Positions 20,410 to 33,397 are shown, counted from the stretch's first letter. The stretch: DNA of 64,000 bases from an uncultured Planctomycetota bacterium (GCA_963823665.1 CAWGMQ010000011.1:192001-256000); one strand, 5' to 3'. Numbers and translations are program-made. Notes: generated from the sequence alone by a model not told the origin.

Positions 20410-23400
20410 ATGAGCGCCGGCGACCGCCCGGATGATGACTATTCCCTGGGTGCAATACGGATGGTGGAGATCGACCGGGCGTGCCACCGCTTCGAGGCCG
20501 ACTGGCGCGCTGGCCGCCGGCCGGCCATCGAGGACTGCCTGGCCGGCACCGCCGGACCGGACCGCGCGGCCCTGCTCCGGGAGCTGCTGGCGGTGGAGCT
20601 GGAGTACCGCGCCTCGGCCGGAGAGCGACCCGACCCGGCGGAGTATCGCGCCCGGTTCCCGGTCGAAACCGGGCTGGTCGATGCCGCCCTGGCTCGGATG
20701 GAGGTCCCGTCGACCGAGGCCGTCGGCAGTGCGGCCGACGACGGCCGCCGCTTCCGCGCCCTGCGGCCCCACGCCCAGGGCGGGCTGGGTGCCGTCTTTG
20801 TCGCCCTGGATCGCGAGCTGAACCGGGAAGTCGCCCTCAAGCAGATCCTCGATCACCACGCCGACGACCTGGTCAGCCGCAAGCGGTTCCTCGTCGAGGC
20901 CGAGATAACAGGGCGACTCGAGCACCCCGGCATCGTGCCCGTGTATAGCCTGGGCACGTACGGCGACGGCCGGCCGTACTACGCCACGCGGTTCGTGCAT
21001 GGGGAAAGCCTGAAGGAGGCGATCGAGCGCTTCCACACCGATCCGGCCCTGAAGAACGGCCCCGGCCGCCGCTCGCTGGAGCTGCGCAAGCTGCTCCGCC
21101 GGTTCGTTGATGTCTGCAACACCATCGAGTACGCCCACTCCCGCGGCGTGCTGCACCGGGACATCAAGCCGGCCAACGTGATGGTGGGCAAGTACGGCGA
21201 GACCCTGGTCGTCGACTGGGGGCTGGCCAAGCCGATGAAGAGCACCGAGCCCGGCAGCGGCTCGGGCGAGCAGGCGCTCTTGCCGTCCTCGGCCAGCGGC
21301 TCGGCCGAGACGCTGCCTGGATCGGCCGTGGGAACCCCCGCGTACATGAGCCCCGAGCAGGCCGCCGGCGACCTGGAGCGGCTCGGCCCGCAGGCGGACG
21401 TCTACGCGCTCGGCGCCACCCTGTATTGCCTACTGACCGGCAAGCCGCCGTTCGAGGGGGAGGCCGCCGCGGTGCTCCCCAAGGTACGGACGGGCGACTT
21501 CCCACCGCCGCGGCAGCGTGACCCGGCGCTCGACCCGGCGCTGGAAGCCGTCTGCCTGAAGGCGATGGCGGTGCCGCCGGAGGAGCGCTATCCGACGAGC
21601 CGGGCGCTGGCCGACGACATCGAGCGGTGGATGGCCGACGAGCCGGTGTCGAGCTGGCGCGAGCCGTTCAGCCGGCGGGCGCGGCGATGGGCCAGCCGCC
21701 ACCGGACCTGGGTGGCCGCAGCGGCGGTGGGGCTGGTCGCGGGGGTGGTCGGGCTGGCCGCCGTACTGGCGGTGCAGACCAAGGCCAACGCCGAAATGGG
21801 CCGCTCCCGGGCCGCCGTGCAGGCGCGGTACGACCTGGCCTTCATGGCGATCAAGACGTTCCACACCGGGGTGAGCAAGGATTTCCTGCTCCAGCAGGAC
21901 CAGTTCAAGGAGCTGCGCGACCGGCTTCTGACGTCGGCGGCGGACTTCTACGGCAAGCTGTCGGCGATGCTTGGCAAGGAGACCGACCCCGCCTCGCGGC
22001 AGGCGCTGGCGCGTTCGAAATTCGAGCTGGCGGTGCTGACCAGCAGCGTCGGCCGCAAGCAGGACGCCCTGGCGGCGCACCAGGCCGTACTGGCGGCGCG
22101 GGAGGCTCTGGCGGCCGAGCCGGGGGCGGGCGCCGCGGCGACGGTCGAGGTCGGCCAGAGCCTCACCGAGGTCGCCACGCTGCTCCAGGCGACCGGCAAG
22201 CGGGACGACGCGGTGGCGGCATACCGCCGATCCGAGTCTCTGCTGGCGGGCCGAACGGAGACGGACCCCGCGGCGCGGGCAGCGCTGGCGGCCAGCCGGT
22301 CGAGGCTGGGCCTCCTCCTGCAGAACGCGGGCATGACCGCCGACGCGGTGCCCGTTTACCGGCGAGCGCGGGCCGACCGGGAAGTGCTCGCAAACGCCCC
22401 CGGGGCCTTGAACGACGCCCGCAGCGACCTTGCGGAGACGGTCATGTTCATCGGCCGCCTGCTCTACGGAGACCGACAAGTTGCCGGAGGCGGAGGCCGA
22501 GACCCGCGTCGCACTGGCGATCATGGAGAGCGTCGTCGCCGAGAATCCCGCCAGCATTGAGTTCCGCGGACTACTGGCGGCCATCCACAACAATCTCGGC
22601 CTCGTGCTGCTCGCGTCGGGCAATCTGTCCGGGGCGGAGGTCGCGCACCGCAAGGCGCTCGCGATCCGGGAGAAGTTGGTCGCCAACCACCCTGCCGTCA
22701 CGAACTTTCGCAACAAAGTCGCGATCAGCGAGAACAACCTCGGCAACGTGTTTGCGACGAGCCGACCGGCGGAGGCGGAGGCCCCGTACCGCAGGGCGCT
22801 GGCGATCTGGGAACGGCTGGCCGACGACCACCCCACCGTCACCGACTTTCGCACCGGCCGGGCCCTCGTCCACCACAACCTCGGGTCCATGCTGTTTGAT
22901 ACGAGCCGGCTGGCGGAGGCGGAAGCCGAGTACCGCAAGGCGCTGGCGATCTGGGAACGGCTGGCCGACGACCACCCCACCGCCATCAACTTCCGCGACA
23001 GCGTGTCGGACATCCACTTCAGACTCGGCAACGTGCTATCTGCGGCGAGCCGGCCGACGGAGGCGGAGGCTTCGTACCGCAAGGCACTGGCGATCCTGGA
23101 AAAGCTGACCACCGAAGCCCCCGCCGTCGCCCCGTACCGCGACAGACTGGAAGACAGCCACGACGCCCTCGGCCGCCTGCTGTCTGCGACGGGCCGGCTG
23201 CCGGACGCGGAAGCCCAGTTCCGCCAGGCGCTGATGATCTATCAGAAGTGGGCCGGCGACCATCCGGAGGTCCCGGCGGATCCAAGCCGATGCGCGAATT
23301 ACGCCAGTCACCTCTCGATCGTACGTCGCTGGCTGGGCCGCCCGATCAAGGCCCGCGACGACTTCCGGCTGCTAATGCTCGACCTGGCCATGCCCGCCGA

Positions 23401-23422
23401 CCCGTTCGCCCCGGCACGCTGA
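20410..23422 (+). CDS. Ser/Thr kinase with TM helix and TPR repeats; frameshift near 22465
   Basis: IDRACHRFEADW N-terminus; HRDIKPAN, DWG, GTPAYMSPEQ; 144-bp TPR duplications; C-terminal DLAMPADPFA. Confidence 0.9.
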
Positions 23423-23527
23423 GCGGTGGCTCGGACTGGGGTGATCGGCTGGTGCGGAAGCCGCCATCGTCCCCGTTGAGCCGGTCCTCGTGTACACAAC
23501 CTCTCGTGACATTGGGTGCGCCGCACT

Positions 23528-23556
23528 TTGCCGCTCTTCGAGCGGTTCAGTAGAAT
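23528..23556 (+). promoter_or_regulatory. Sigma70-type promoter overlapped by a short palindrome
   Basis: TTGCCG-17 bp-TAGAAT; ccgctc-ttc-gagcgg within it. Confidence 0.5.
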
Positions 23557-23690
23557 GAGTCGATCAGCCGGCCTGTCGGTGCAACAGATGGAGGTGTCAT
23601 TCTTCCCTAGTGTTTCGGATGGTTCCCGCGACGACCGGACCGAGTTATTAGCTGTGGCAAGGGACCAGGGAATTACGGAAGGACTGAGCC

Positions 23691-23909
23691 ATGTCGATTT
23701 TGAACTCGAATCGGACTGAGCCGATGCCGGTGGTGCACTACGATGCGGCCGGCGAACCGGTGCCGCCCTGGCCCTCTCCAGTCGAACTTCGCAAGCTGCC
23801 GCTCCACGTACAAGAGACCATCCTGGCTGCTTCCGCCGAACTGGCCGAACACGAGTACCGAACCAACAAGGCTCTCACTGAATTCGAGGCGTTCGCGGAG
23901 GAGCCCTGA
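23691..23909 (+). CDS. Small acidic protein, probable antitoxin
   Basis: 72 aa, ELRKLP..ILAASAELAEHEYR..LTEFEAF; AAGGA RBS; TGATG coupling to a toxin-like stub. Confidence 0.55.
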   Translation: MSILNSNRTEPMPVVHYDAAGEPVPPWPSPVELRKLPLHVQETILAASAELAEHEYRTNKALTEFEAFAEEP

Positions 23910-23932
23910 TGCCGACGCCGAAACGGGGCGAG
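23909..23932 (+). pseudogene. 8-codon stub resembling a PemK/MazF N-terminus (MPTPKRGE)
   Basis: ATG overlaps the upstream stop; PKRGE resembles the MazF start; similarity ends where the convergent kinase gene ends. Confidence 0.4.
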
Positions 23933-23942
23933 GGCCTGCCCG

Positions 23943-26875
23943 TCACTGCTTCCCCGGCGTTTTGTTCTTGCCGCTCGGATACTTCGCCCGCTCGGCCCGC
24001 CACTTCTTCGCCTCCGCCGGGTTGTTGATCGCGGTGTCGATCTCGATGAGCCGGTCGAGTGCTTCGGGGATGCGCAACTCTCAGCCACTGAATTGCGGGA
24101 TGGTCTTCTCACGGGTCTTCATCCCTTCGTAGCCGCTTTTGAGCAGCAGCTTGGCCTCGGAGTACTTCTTCTGACCGAGTAGCGCCCCGCCCAGCAGAGA
24201 CTGGGTGTTGAACGTCTTCCAGTCATTCGGTGCGGTGCGTTGCCGGGTGACCAGGCACTGACCCAAGAGCCCGGTCGTGAATGCCACGATTGCATCATTC
24301 GGATCCCGGTCATTCATTCCCTTCAGAACCTCCACAAGTGCCAGCTCCGCGTCGTCGAGCCGGCCAGTTGATATGTACATCTGAGCCACGTCTCGGCGTG
24401 CGAGAAGGGTGTCGATGTGGTTCGGCCCTCGCTCGGCCAGTTTAGCCCGGTACCGACTCTCCGTTGTCTGCATGGCGCGCAACACGTCGAGGTATTTCTT
24501 CGCTCGCAGCGTTTCGGGGTGGTTCGGGCCGAGCCTGGCTGTCCGCTTCTCGAGCGTCTCTTCGAACAACGGCGCGGCCTTGGCGAGCTGGCCGCTGCTC
24601 CCGTACGCCACGGCCAAGTTGCCCAGGCTCATCAGCGTGTCGGGGTGGTCGGGGCCGAGCCTGGATTTCCGCTTCACGAGCGTCTCTTCGAGCAACGGCA
24701 CGGCCTTGGCGGGCTGGCCGCTGGCAACGTACGCCGCAGCCAGGTTATTCACGTTGGCGAGTGTGTTGGGATCGTCGGGACCGACGCTGGCTTTCCACTT
24801 GGCCAGCGCCGCTTCGTACAGCGGCACGGCCTTCTCGAGCTGGCCGCTGCCATGGTACGCCATGGCAAGGTTGTGCAAGGTCTTGAACGTGTCGGGGTGG
24901 TCGGGGCCGAGCTTGATTTTCTGCATCACCAGCGTCTCCTCGAGCATTGGCACGGCCTTGGCGGGGTGGCCGCTGGCATGGTACGCGAGCGCCAGGTTGT
25001 TCATGATCTTAAGCGTGTCGGGGTGGTCGGGGCCGATCCTGGCTTTCATCTTCTCGAGCGTTTCTTCGTACCGCGACACAGCCTCGGCAAGTTGGCCGCC
25101 CGCCCGGTAGGCCTCAGCAAGGTTGCCCATGCCGGCGAGCGTCGTGGCGTGGTCGGGGCCGAGCTCACCCTTCAAAATAGTCAGGGCCTTCTCGAAGCGC
25201 TCGACCGCCAGGGACGTGTCGCCCAATCCCAGAAGCGCCAGGCCCAACCTGCTCTGCATCGCGGCGACGTCCAGCCGCTCGCCGACGTCCGATCTCTCCA
25301 GATCCTTCGCGGCCTTGCTCAGATTGTCGCGTAGTGCGTTGCGCAGCTCGGCCACGGTGGCGTAGTTCGCGCTCGGGTTCAAGCCCTCGAACACCGAGCC
25401 GAGGATCTCGTTCCCCTTTTTTGCGAAGGCCAGGTTCCGCTCGGCCTCCTGCCGCTTCGTGTCCGCCTCGAGCTTCGCCTTGCGTCCCGCTTGCATCAGC
25501 TCGCCCAGTTGCTGGTTCTGTGCCTTGACCGTGGCCTGCTGCGCGGCCAGCTCGACGTTCTTCGCCGCCAGGCCGGTATTCGCCCGCTTCGTCTGCCCTT
25601 CGGCGTCGATCGCCCGGAACATCTGCCAGAGGCTGGCGCTTGAGCCCGCCAACAACACCACGGCAATGGCGCCGCCCGCCACCTGGACCGTCCGGCGACG
25701 CTTCCGCTGTTCGGCCTCGCGGACCAGAGACTCGGCCCGTTCGGTCTCGGCCTGCTTCAGCCGTGCTTCGACGCCCGTCCGATAGGCCACGAGCTCTGCG
25801 GCAACGGCTTGCCCGTCCGCGGGGCGATCAGTGGGGGCCGGGCTCAGGCAGCGCCGGCACAAGGCCAAAAGCTCCACGTCCGCACCGCAGCCGTCCAGCC
25901 GCACATTCGCCTCGGCCAGGTCCGCCGCGGCAGCACGCCGAATCAGCTCCACGTTCGTCTCGCCGACAAAGGGCGGCTGCCCGGTCAGGATCGCGCAGAG
26001 GATGCCGCCGAGCGCAAAACGTCCGCGCGGGCGGCAGTCGGTTCGCCTCGCGCTTGCTCCGGGGCCATGTACGCCGGCGTGCCCAGCACCGTTCCCGCTT
26101 GCGTTTGCTCTTCCGTCGATTCCCCGAGAGCGCCGTAATCGATGGTTTCGTTCGCGTCAGTCTGGAAGGGTGAACGACGAGGGATGCAGGATGAGGAAGA
26201 TTGCTCGCCGGCTTGTTTCTCATCCGTCACTCCTCCTCCTTCATCGTGTTGCAATTCCTTGGCCAGCCCCCAGTCCATGACCTGCACCTCGCCAAACTCA
26301 CCCACCATGACGTTGCTTGGCTTCAAATCGCGGTGGATGACGCCGCGGCTGTGGGCGAAGCCGACAGCCTGGCACACTTGCAAGAACGCCTGCAACAGCC
26401 GCGGCCGGTCCGCGATCTTCATCTCCTGGGCCGGGGTTTGCCCCGCGATGAGCTTCATGGCCAGGAAGGGAGAGCCATCGGCAAGCGTCCCCAGCGCGTA
26501 CACCGGCGGGATGCCCGGATGTGGCAACCTCGCGGTGATCTTCGATTCGCGCACGAAGCGTTCGCTGCTGGCGCGAGGCAGCAGCAGCTTGATGGCCACG
26601 TCCCGCTCGAGGGTGAGGTCATACGCCGCCAGCACCCGGCCCATGCCGCCGCGAGCGATTTCGCCCCGCACCCGGTAGCCGGGCACTGTCGGCAAGTCGC
26701 CCTCCTCATCAACACCCCCGGGCACAGATGAGCCGGCGATGGCATCCAGACAAGACTGATTGCTCGTGGCCGCGCCAGCGGCATGCTCGGTGGTGGGAAG
26801 CGAGTCGGCCATTTCGCGGAATTCCGCGGTCGCCGGCGCACGATCAGTCGTCACATTCGGATCAGGCTCTTTCAT
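23943..26875 (-). CDS. Ser/Thr kinase with TM helix and kinesin-light-chain-type TPR repeats; frameshifts near 26010 and 24080
   Basis: ARGGMG, HRDLKPSN, DWG, GTPAYMAPEQ; 42-aa LGPDHPDTL repeats; C-terminus EAKKWRAERAKY in another frame ending at 23943. Confidence 0.88.
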
Positions 26876-27103
26876 GACATGCCCTCCATCGCGGCAGTCC
26901 CCTTCACCCTTCGAAGGTTTGGTACGAGCGACACAGGCGTGTCTAGCGGTCCTGGTGGAGGCTGCCTGGCTGTGAACATCCCGGATGACGGCCCTTTCTC
27001 GGTCCCATGTAGCGACAGCGTGTTGGAGAAGAGAAGGGCGACGCGTGCCGTGGTTGCGTCCGTCGCTCTCATTCTCGTGTTTGTGTCTAGCTTTCTCCCC
27101 GTT

Positions 27104-30100
27104 TCATTCGCCCTCGGCCCGTTTGAGCAGGTCGGCGATGCCGGCCCAGAACGTGCGCCATTCCGCGCGCTCGGCTTCGGGCAAAGTGGTCAGCGCGTCG
27201 GCGTCGCGAATGCCGGCCAGGTCGCGCTCGGTCAGCCAGCCCCGTAGCCGCGCGGCAACGTGTTCCCGCTCGAATGGGCCGATCGCGAGAAACGTCCTGC
27301 ACGCGTTGAGCTCGGCAGTGAGCCAATCGCGGGCACGACGACGCAACCGCGTTCTTGCCTGTGGGTCGGAGGGGGCGTCCTTGCCTCGGCCGGCACCGGC
27401 CAGGGCGGCCGCGCGGGCGGCCAGGTCACGGAAGAGCGGCTTGCGGGACTCGGCCAATCTGGGCTCGGCCGCGAAGGCCGCGGCCCAGAGCTCGGCCGCC
27501 GCGCCGTGGCGGCCGGCCTCGAAACAGAACTGCGCGAGCTCCAGTTGGTCGTCGGCGGCTTGGGGCATGGCCGGCAGCCGGCCAATGGCCTGCTCCAGCC
27601 GTCGGGCCTGGGCCTTGCTGTCCGCGACGATCCGTTCGAGCTTCTTAGCGACCCCGGCGTCGCCGGGCGCGAGCCGATTTGCGCGGCGAAACGCTTTCTC
27701 GGCCCGCTCGTACTCTCTTCGTTCCTGAAGCGCCACCCCCAGGAGCGAGTAACCGCGAGCCAGTTCCGCGGGAAACCTGACCTGCTTTGGTGATTCCTGA
27801 TCATCCCCTTTGCCGTCACCCAGACCGGAGCTGGTGCCGATCAATTGCTCGGATTCACGCAAGAGCAGTCTGAGGTGCAGGATGTCGTGCCAGTCGCTCG
27901 GCAGCGCAATTTCGTCGACGGCCGGGCCGTGTGCTTCGAGGCGCCCTCGCGCCAGTTCGAGCCACAGCCGGGCCTCATCGGCTCGGCCCTCGCGGTAGAC
28001 GGCCATTGCAATCACGAACTCGGCAATGATCCCAGGGTGGTACCACGATCCATCAGGCGTCGCCAGGGCCCACTTGACCGCGTCGTCCCGGTCGCCCGCT
28101 CGGTAGTCCGCAAGTGCTCGGGTCGCGCACTGCCATCCTTCCTTCCACTTCTCGGCGTTCGGTGCCAACGACCGCTCCGCAAGATGGACCGCCCGGGCGC
28201 GGATGTCGCTGGGTGGGGAGCCGAGCAGGCAGACTTTTGACACGATCTCGGCAACCACCGAATCGGTCGTTGATTCGAACCGTTCGAGTAGTGCGCGGCA
28301 GCGGCGTCCGTAAGACTCGTGGTCGCGCAGCCAAAGGTCAACCGTAAGCGCCTGGTACCAGAAAAAGTGATCCGCCGGGTCCAATTCGATGGCGCGGCTG
28401 AGGTCATCCCGGGCCTCGCGCCAGCGGCGCAGCCGGGCCATCATGCCTCCTCGGCTGCTCCACATCCAGACGCTGTCGCCGTGAGCACGCACGGCGATGG
28501 TGATTTGATCAAGCGCGTCCTGGAACCGTCCCAGGTCCAGCAAGAGCCAGGCGATCTCGTTTTTCGGTCCGGCGTTCTCCGGCGCAAGCCGGGCCGCCTC
28601 GCGGTATTCGACCAGGGCTTGGTCGAGCATCCCGTGCGATTTCAAGAACCCGCCGAGCATTTCGTGGGCCCTGGCGCCGTCGATCGGGATCTGGCCGTCG
28701 GCGCCTCTGGCCACGAGCCGTCTCGCCTCGCGAAATTCGCTGGCGGCTTCTTCGTTCCAGCCCTGCCGATCGAGGGCGACTGCCAGTCGAGCGCGTGCTT
28801 CGGCATTGTCAGGAACCTTCGCCACGATCACCCGGAAGTGATGAACCGTCTCATCCGGGCGCCCCAATTTTTTCAAGAGCTTCTCGAGGCGGCCGATGGC
28901 CCAGCCGCCCACGCTTGCCACCAGCTCGTCCAGGATCGCAGTCGCACGATATTCGACGATCGCACCTTCAAGATCGCCCCGCTTTTCCAGCAGCGGAGCC
29001 AGCAAGAAATGCGTGTTTAAATTGTGCGGATTGCAACGAATCGCCGCGCGGTACTCGGTGATCGCCTGGTCAGTCTGGCCCGAATCTTGCAGCGCGAGGG
29101 CCAGGGAATAATGCGCTCGATCGTTGCCCGGCTCGAGCTCGGCCACCGCGCGGCAGAGAGCGATGGCTAACTCGCGATCGCCTGCTTCCCGAAGTTTATC
29201 GGCGAGGTCCAGATGGGCCCACAGGTTCGCCGGACTCAGCCGGACAATCTCGCGGTACTCCGCGGCGGCCAGGTCCCGTTTACCGGTCTCCTTCAAGAGC
29301 TCGGCAAGGCGCCGCGCGCCGGCACGTTGCCGGGCTCGCTCCGGATCGCCTCACGGTACACGAGCTCGGCCTGGTCGCGCTTGCCCAGATCCTTGAAGAT
29401 CGTGCCGATCTCGATGCGGGTCTTGATGTCGTTTCCCAGGAGCGAGAGCGCGACGTTGTATTCGGGCATCGCCTGGTCGCGAAATCCCGCCGCGCCCAGG
29501 GCCTTTGCCAGCTGGAAATGAGCCGGGCCGTCGTTGGGCGCCAACCTGACGACTTCGCGAAACTCGGCGAGCGCCTTCTCGAACTTTCCCTGGTCAAAAT
29601 AAGTCCAGGCCAGCCGATTGCGCACCTTGGTGTTTTTGGGCTCCATGGCGAGGTAGGCAAGCTGGTGCGCGACGATGGCGTCGTCGGGACGACGACCGAG
29701 CTGCACGACCAGGTACCCTTTAAGGTCGCCGATGGCGGCTCCGAATTGCCCAGCGACAAGATCGAGGCGGGCGGCTTCACGATATTCCGCGATGGCACTC
29801 TCGACCTCGCCACGTTCCCGGTAGGTCCACGCGAGCTCGAAGTGAATCACCGCCGAGCCCGGCTTGAGCCGAATTGCCTCTCGGTACTGGGCGATCGCCT
29901 CGTCGAGCTTTCCGGTTTGCCTGAGGCTATAGGCGAGCATGTGATGAGCCCCCGCGTTCGCCGGACGGACCGCGAGTGCGGCCATGAGATGAGCCTGCTC
30001 TGGCGCCCGCTGGTCGGCCTCGCGGTAGCGATGGGCGAGCGCGATATTGACCCAGTAATCGGCGGGAAATCGCCGCCACGCCGCGTCCAGCACCGTTTTG

Positions 30101-32180
30101 GCGAGCGATTCGTCCTTTTCGTCCAGCGCATTTGCGAGCAAGCACAGGCCGACCGCCGGCTGACGGTCGAGGGCCGCGCGGTCGGAGGCCAGTTGACGAA
30201 GAGGGCCCGCGCGCTCGGGCCTCGGCCTCGACCGCACCGAACGAAGCTCGTTGCGCCACGGGTCCGGGTCGACGGCGCGCGCCGCCGCCGCAATGCGCTC
30301 TCCCGACTTCGATTGGTGCCCATCGCTCGTGGTGGTGCGGATCACGAACCAATCGTCCATGCCGGCCGCCACCTCGCCAGCGATGGCCCGTCCCGCGAAC
30401 ACTTCGCCAAATCGGCCCGGGGGCACTTCGTCGGGATCGAGGCCGAGCGAGCGAAACGCGGACGAAAACTGCGCGTCGGCCAGGTCGATGTCGTCCTTTC
30501 CCCCATAGTGGATGCGCGCCTCTTGCAGACGGCTGATCAGCGTGCGAATGCCGTTGTCGAGCTCGACGCGCTCTCGCAGCGCCCGAAGCCGTCCGCGGCG
30601 CGTCTGGTCCACCGCGGCGCCGGCGGACTCTTCGGCCCGCGCGGCCGCGACCTTCGCTTCATCCCAGATCACATCGGCCTCGGCCCCGGCGGCGTGCTCG
30701 GCGCGCTCGAGCGCCGCGCTTGCCCGCGCGATCAAACCGTCGAGCTGCGACCTGCGGGCCTGCCGCTCCCACAAGACGACCCCTCCCCATAGCCCGCCCA
30801 GGGCCAGGAGCGAGACGACCGATGCGGCCAGTGCCAGCATCGCCCGGCGTCGTTGCCGCTCGGCCCGCCACCTGCGGGCCTCGGCCTCGGCCCGAGCAAC
30901 CGCCTCCGCAGCCGCCAGCTCTGCCCCCCGCAGCCGGCTCTGCACGCCGGCCAGGTAGGCCGCCAGCCCCTCGGAAACGACCCCTGCGTCGCGCGGACGG
31001 TGCTCCCGTTCGGCCGCCAGGCAACGAGCGCACAAGGCGCACAACTCAGAATCGGCCCCGCACGCTTCGAGCCGCGCCAGTGCGTCGCCGATCTCGCCTC
31101 GACTCGACTTCCGCAAGATTTCCGCCGATGAGCCGCCGACAAACGCCGGCTGCCCCGTCAGGACCTCGCAGAGCATCGACCCCAGCGCGAAGACGTCGGA
31201 CCGCGCATCGACCGCATCAACCTCGCCGCGCGACTGCTCGGGCGCCATGTAGGGAGGCGTGCCGAGCACCGACCCGGCCCGTGACAAGTCGCTGTCCGAC
31301 TCGCTGCGGGCCGTGGCGATCACCGTGTCGATCTTCGGCGCCTTTGCGGCGGGGGCACCATTGGCGACGACGCACCGCGGCAACACCTTGGCGAGTCCCC
31401 AGTCCATCACCTGGACCTCGCCGAAGCTGCCGACCATCACGTTCGATGGCTTCAAGTCTCGGTGAATGACCCCCCGAGAGTGAGCGTAGGCGATCGTCTG
31501 CGCCACCTGCTCGAAAATGCCGAGAATCCGCGGCCGATCATCCACCGCGTCGGCACGGCCTGCGAGCAGCTCGGCCAGCGTATGCCCCTTCACCAGCTTC
31601 ATCGAAAAGTACGGGCGGCGATCCTCGAACTGTCCTAGCTCGTAAACCGGGATCACCCCGGGATGCTGCAGTTGCCCGGCGATCTGCGCCTCCTCGACGA
31701 AGCGACGAATCATTTCGGGGTCGTCGCGCAAGTCGTCGCGCAACACCTTGATCGCCAGGTCGCGCCCGAGGTCCGGGTCGCGCCCCTGAGCACGACTCCC
31801 ATGCCCCCGCGGGCAATCTCGCCCAGGAACTGCAACCGACCCGGCCCGCCGGTCGTGCGAGGCATCTCGGTGGAACCCGACACCACGAGCGGTCCCGATG
31901 GTTCGTCCGGGCCCGAGTCGCGGAGCAACACCCGCGGAACCGGCCCGATCGTCCCCTCGATCGAGTCGAGCACACCTGGCTCTTTCGCCCCCGGCGCCTC
32001 ATCCTGGGCCTGCGACGGCAGCGGCCACGAGGCATCCAGAGTATCCCGTTCCCGGCCGGCGTCGAGCAGACAGCGCGGACAGATGTCGTGCGCGGTCCCT
32101 GACGGACGCTCGAAGCCGCAGATCGGGCACGTGAGTCGGTCTGACACGGCCGCAGCCTCCGTTCGTGGAAGAGTGCGCAT
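27104..32180 (-). CDS. Large Ser/Thr kinase with N-terminal CxxC..CxxC, TM helix and extended TPR region; frameshifts near 31785 and 29300
   Basis: CPIC..CPRCLL; EIARGGMG, HRDLKPSN, DWG, GTPPYMAPEQ; TPRs; C-terminal LPEAERAEWRTFW. Confidence 0.88.
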
Positions 32181-32351
32181 CTTACGAAATGGCGGCCCGA
32201 CATTCCAATACAGCGCACCGCGTCACGAACGAGGCGGTCTGCTTCTCTTCTTGATAGACGGCCGACTTCCCTCACCAACGTGACCGGGTGATCGGCCGGC
32301 GCGGATCGGACCTGTGGCACATTTATTCTCCCAGACGATGAGGATACAGAC

Positions 32352-32579
32352 ATGTTGTGCGCGCGAACCAAAGAGCGACGCGTCTCCCGTCGAACCACGG
32401 CCGCCCTCCCCATGCTCGAGCGCTGCGAGCCGCGGCAGCTCCTCTCGACGGTCCAGCCGACAGCCGACCTGACTGTTCTCAGGAAGCACGCTCCCGCCGA
32501 TGCGCCGGCCGAGGTCAGCGTCATCTCGACCACGGCCTTGGTTTCCTCGGTGAACACCGCGATCAAACACGGCGCGTAA
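32352..32579 (+). CDS. 75-aa ORF with planctomycete-type signal motif; possibly truncated
   Basis: Arg-rich start then LERCEPRQLLS; GAGGA RBS. Confidence 0.55.
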   Translation: MLCARTKERRVSRRTTAALPMLERCEPRQLLSTVQPTADLTVLRKHAPADAPAEVSVISTTALVSSVNTAIKHGA

Positions 32580-32630
32580 CGAACGATCGACGTGAGAGGG
32601 GACCGGCGACCGTCAACACGAAGCGGGGAT

Positions 32631-32741
32631 CCAGTTCTGGTCGTTGACGGCCGGCCGCTCTCTATGTTCGACGTCAAGCGCATCCTCCGCAGTTTTGAGG
32701 CGTGGCAGATGGAGCTTCGGATGTCGAACCGACCGAGTGAA
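32631..32741 (+). pseudogene. 3'-part remnant of the 33471..33893 gene
   Basis: PVLVVDGRPLSMFD..ccgaccgagtgaa matches 33783-33894. Confidence 0.85.
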
Positions 32742-33016
32742 TGGGCTCTCAGGGTGTCGCAGCCGTTGCCCCTTCCGTGCTCAATGGGGGCAGGTTATCA
32801 ATTCAACGGTTCTCTTCGTATGATTGCTGCAATAACTGTAGCAGCTCGGAATCGGGGAGATGCGAATGCGAAATGCTGGTTAACCACGGACGACACGGAA
32901 CTACACGGAAGGAATTCGGGGGAAGGGAAGGAGCGGGCGACTGTGGGTTCGAGTGCGGCTGGAAGCGCTTGCGCGTCCCGGCTATACTCAAACTGACCGC
33001 TTGCAAGGAGCAAGAA

Positions 33017-33397
33017 ATGACCACAGCTACTTTACCCACCGAACCGCTCATGTCGTTTGGCCGAAATCGCCCAGATTTCTGCCGACCCGAACGATCCGCC
33101 TGACGAGGAATGGATGCGAGGTATTGACGAGATGAGGCCGTATCGGCCGCTCTTCAAAGAGGGTTGTCCTATCTTCCCGTAACGACCGCAGGATGGCGCG
33201 AAGCTGCTTTGCTTTGGGCCGACGCCCGTCGGCGGGGTGTTCCGACGGCCGCGGCACATGCACTCGATGCCGACGTCATCCTGGCGGACTGTGCAACGAC
33301 GGTCGGTCAAGTGGGCGATCAAGTTATCGTGGCGACGGTCAACGTCGCGCATCTCGCACGCTACTGCGACGCGCGATTGTGGACGACCATTGTCTAG
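33017..33397 (+). pseudogene. Degraded antitoxin-like gene fused to the C-terminal half of a PIN-domain toxin
   Basis: AAGGAG-ATG at 33017; PPDEEWMRGIDEMRPYRPLF fragment; YLPVTT..AALLWADAR..LDADVIL..VIVATVNVAHL PIN-like C-terminus without N-terminus. Confidence 0.6.
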
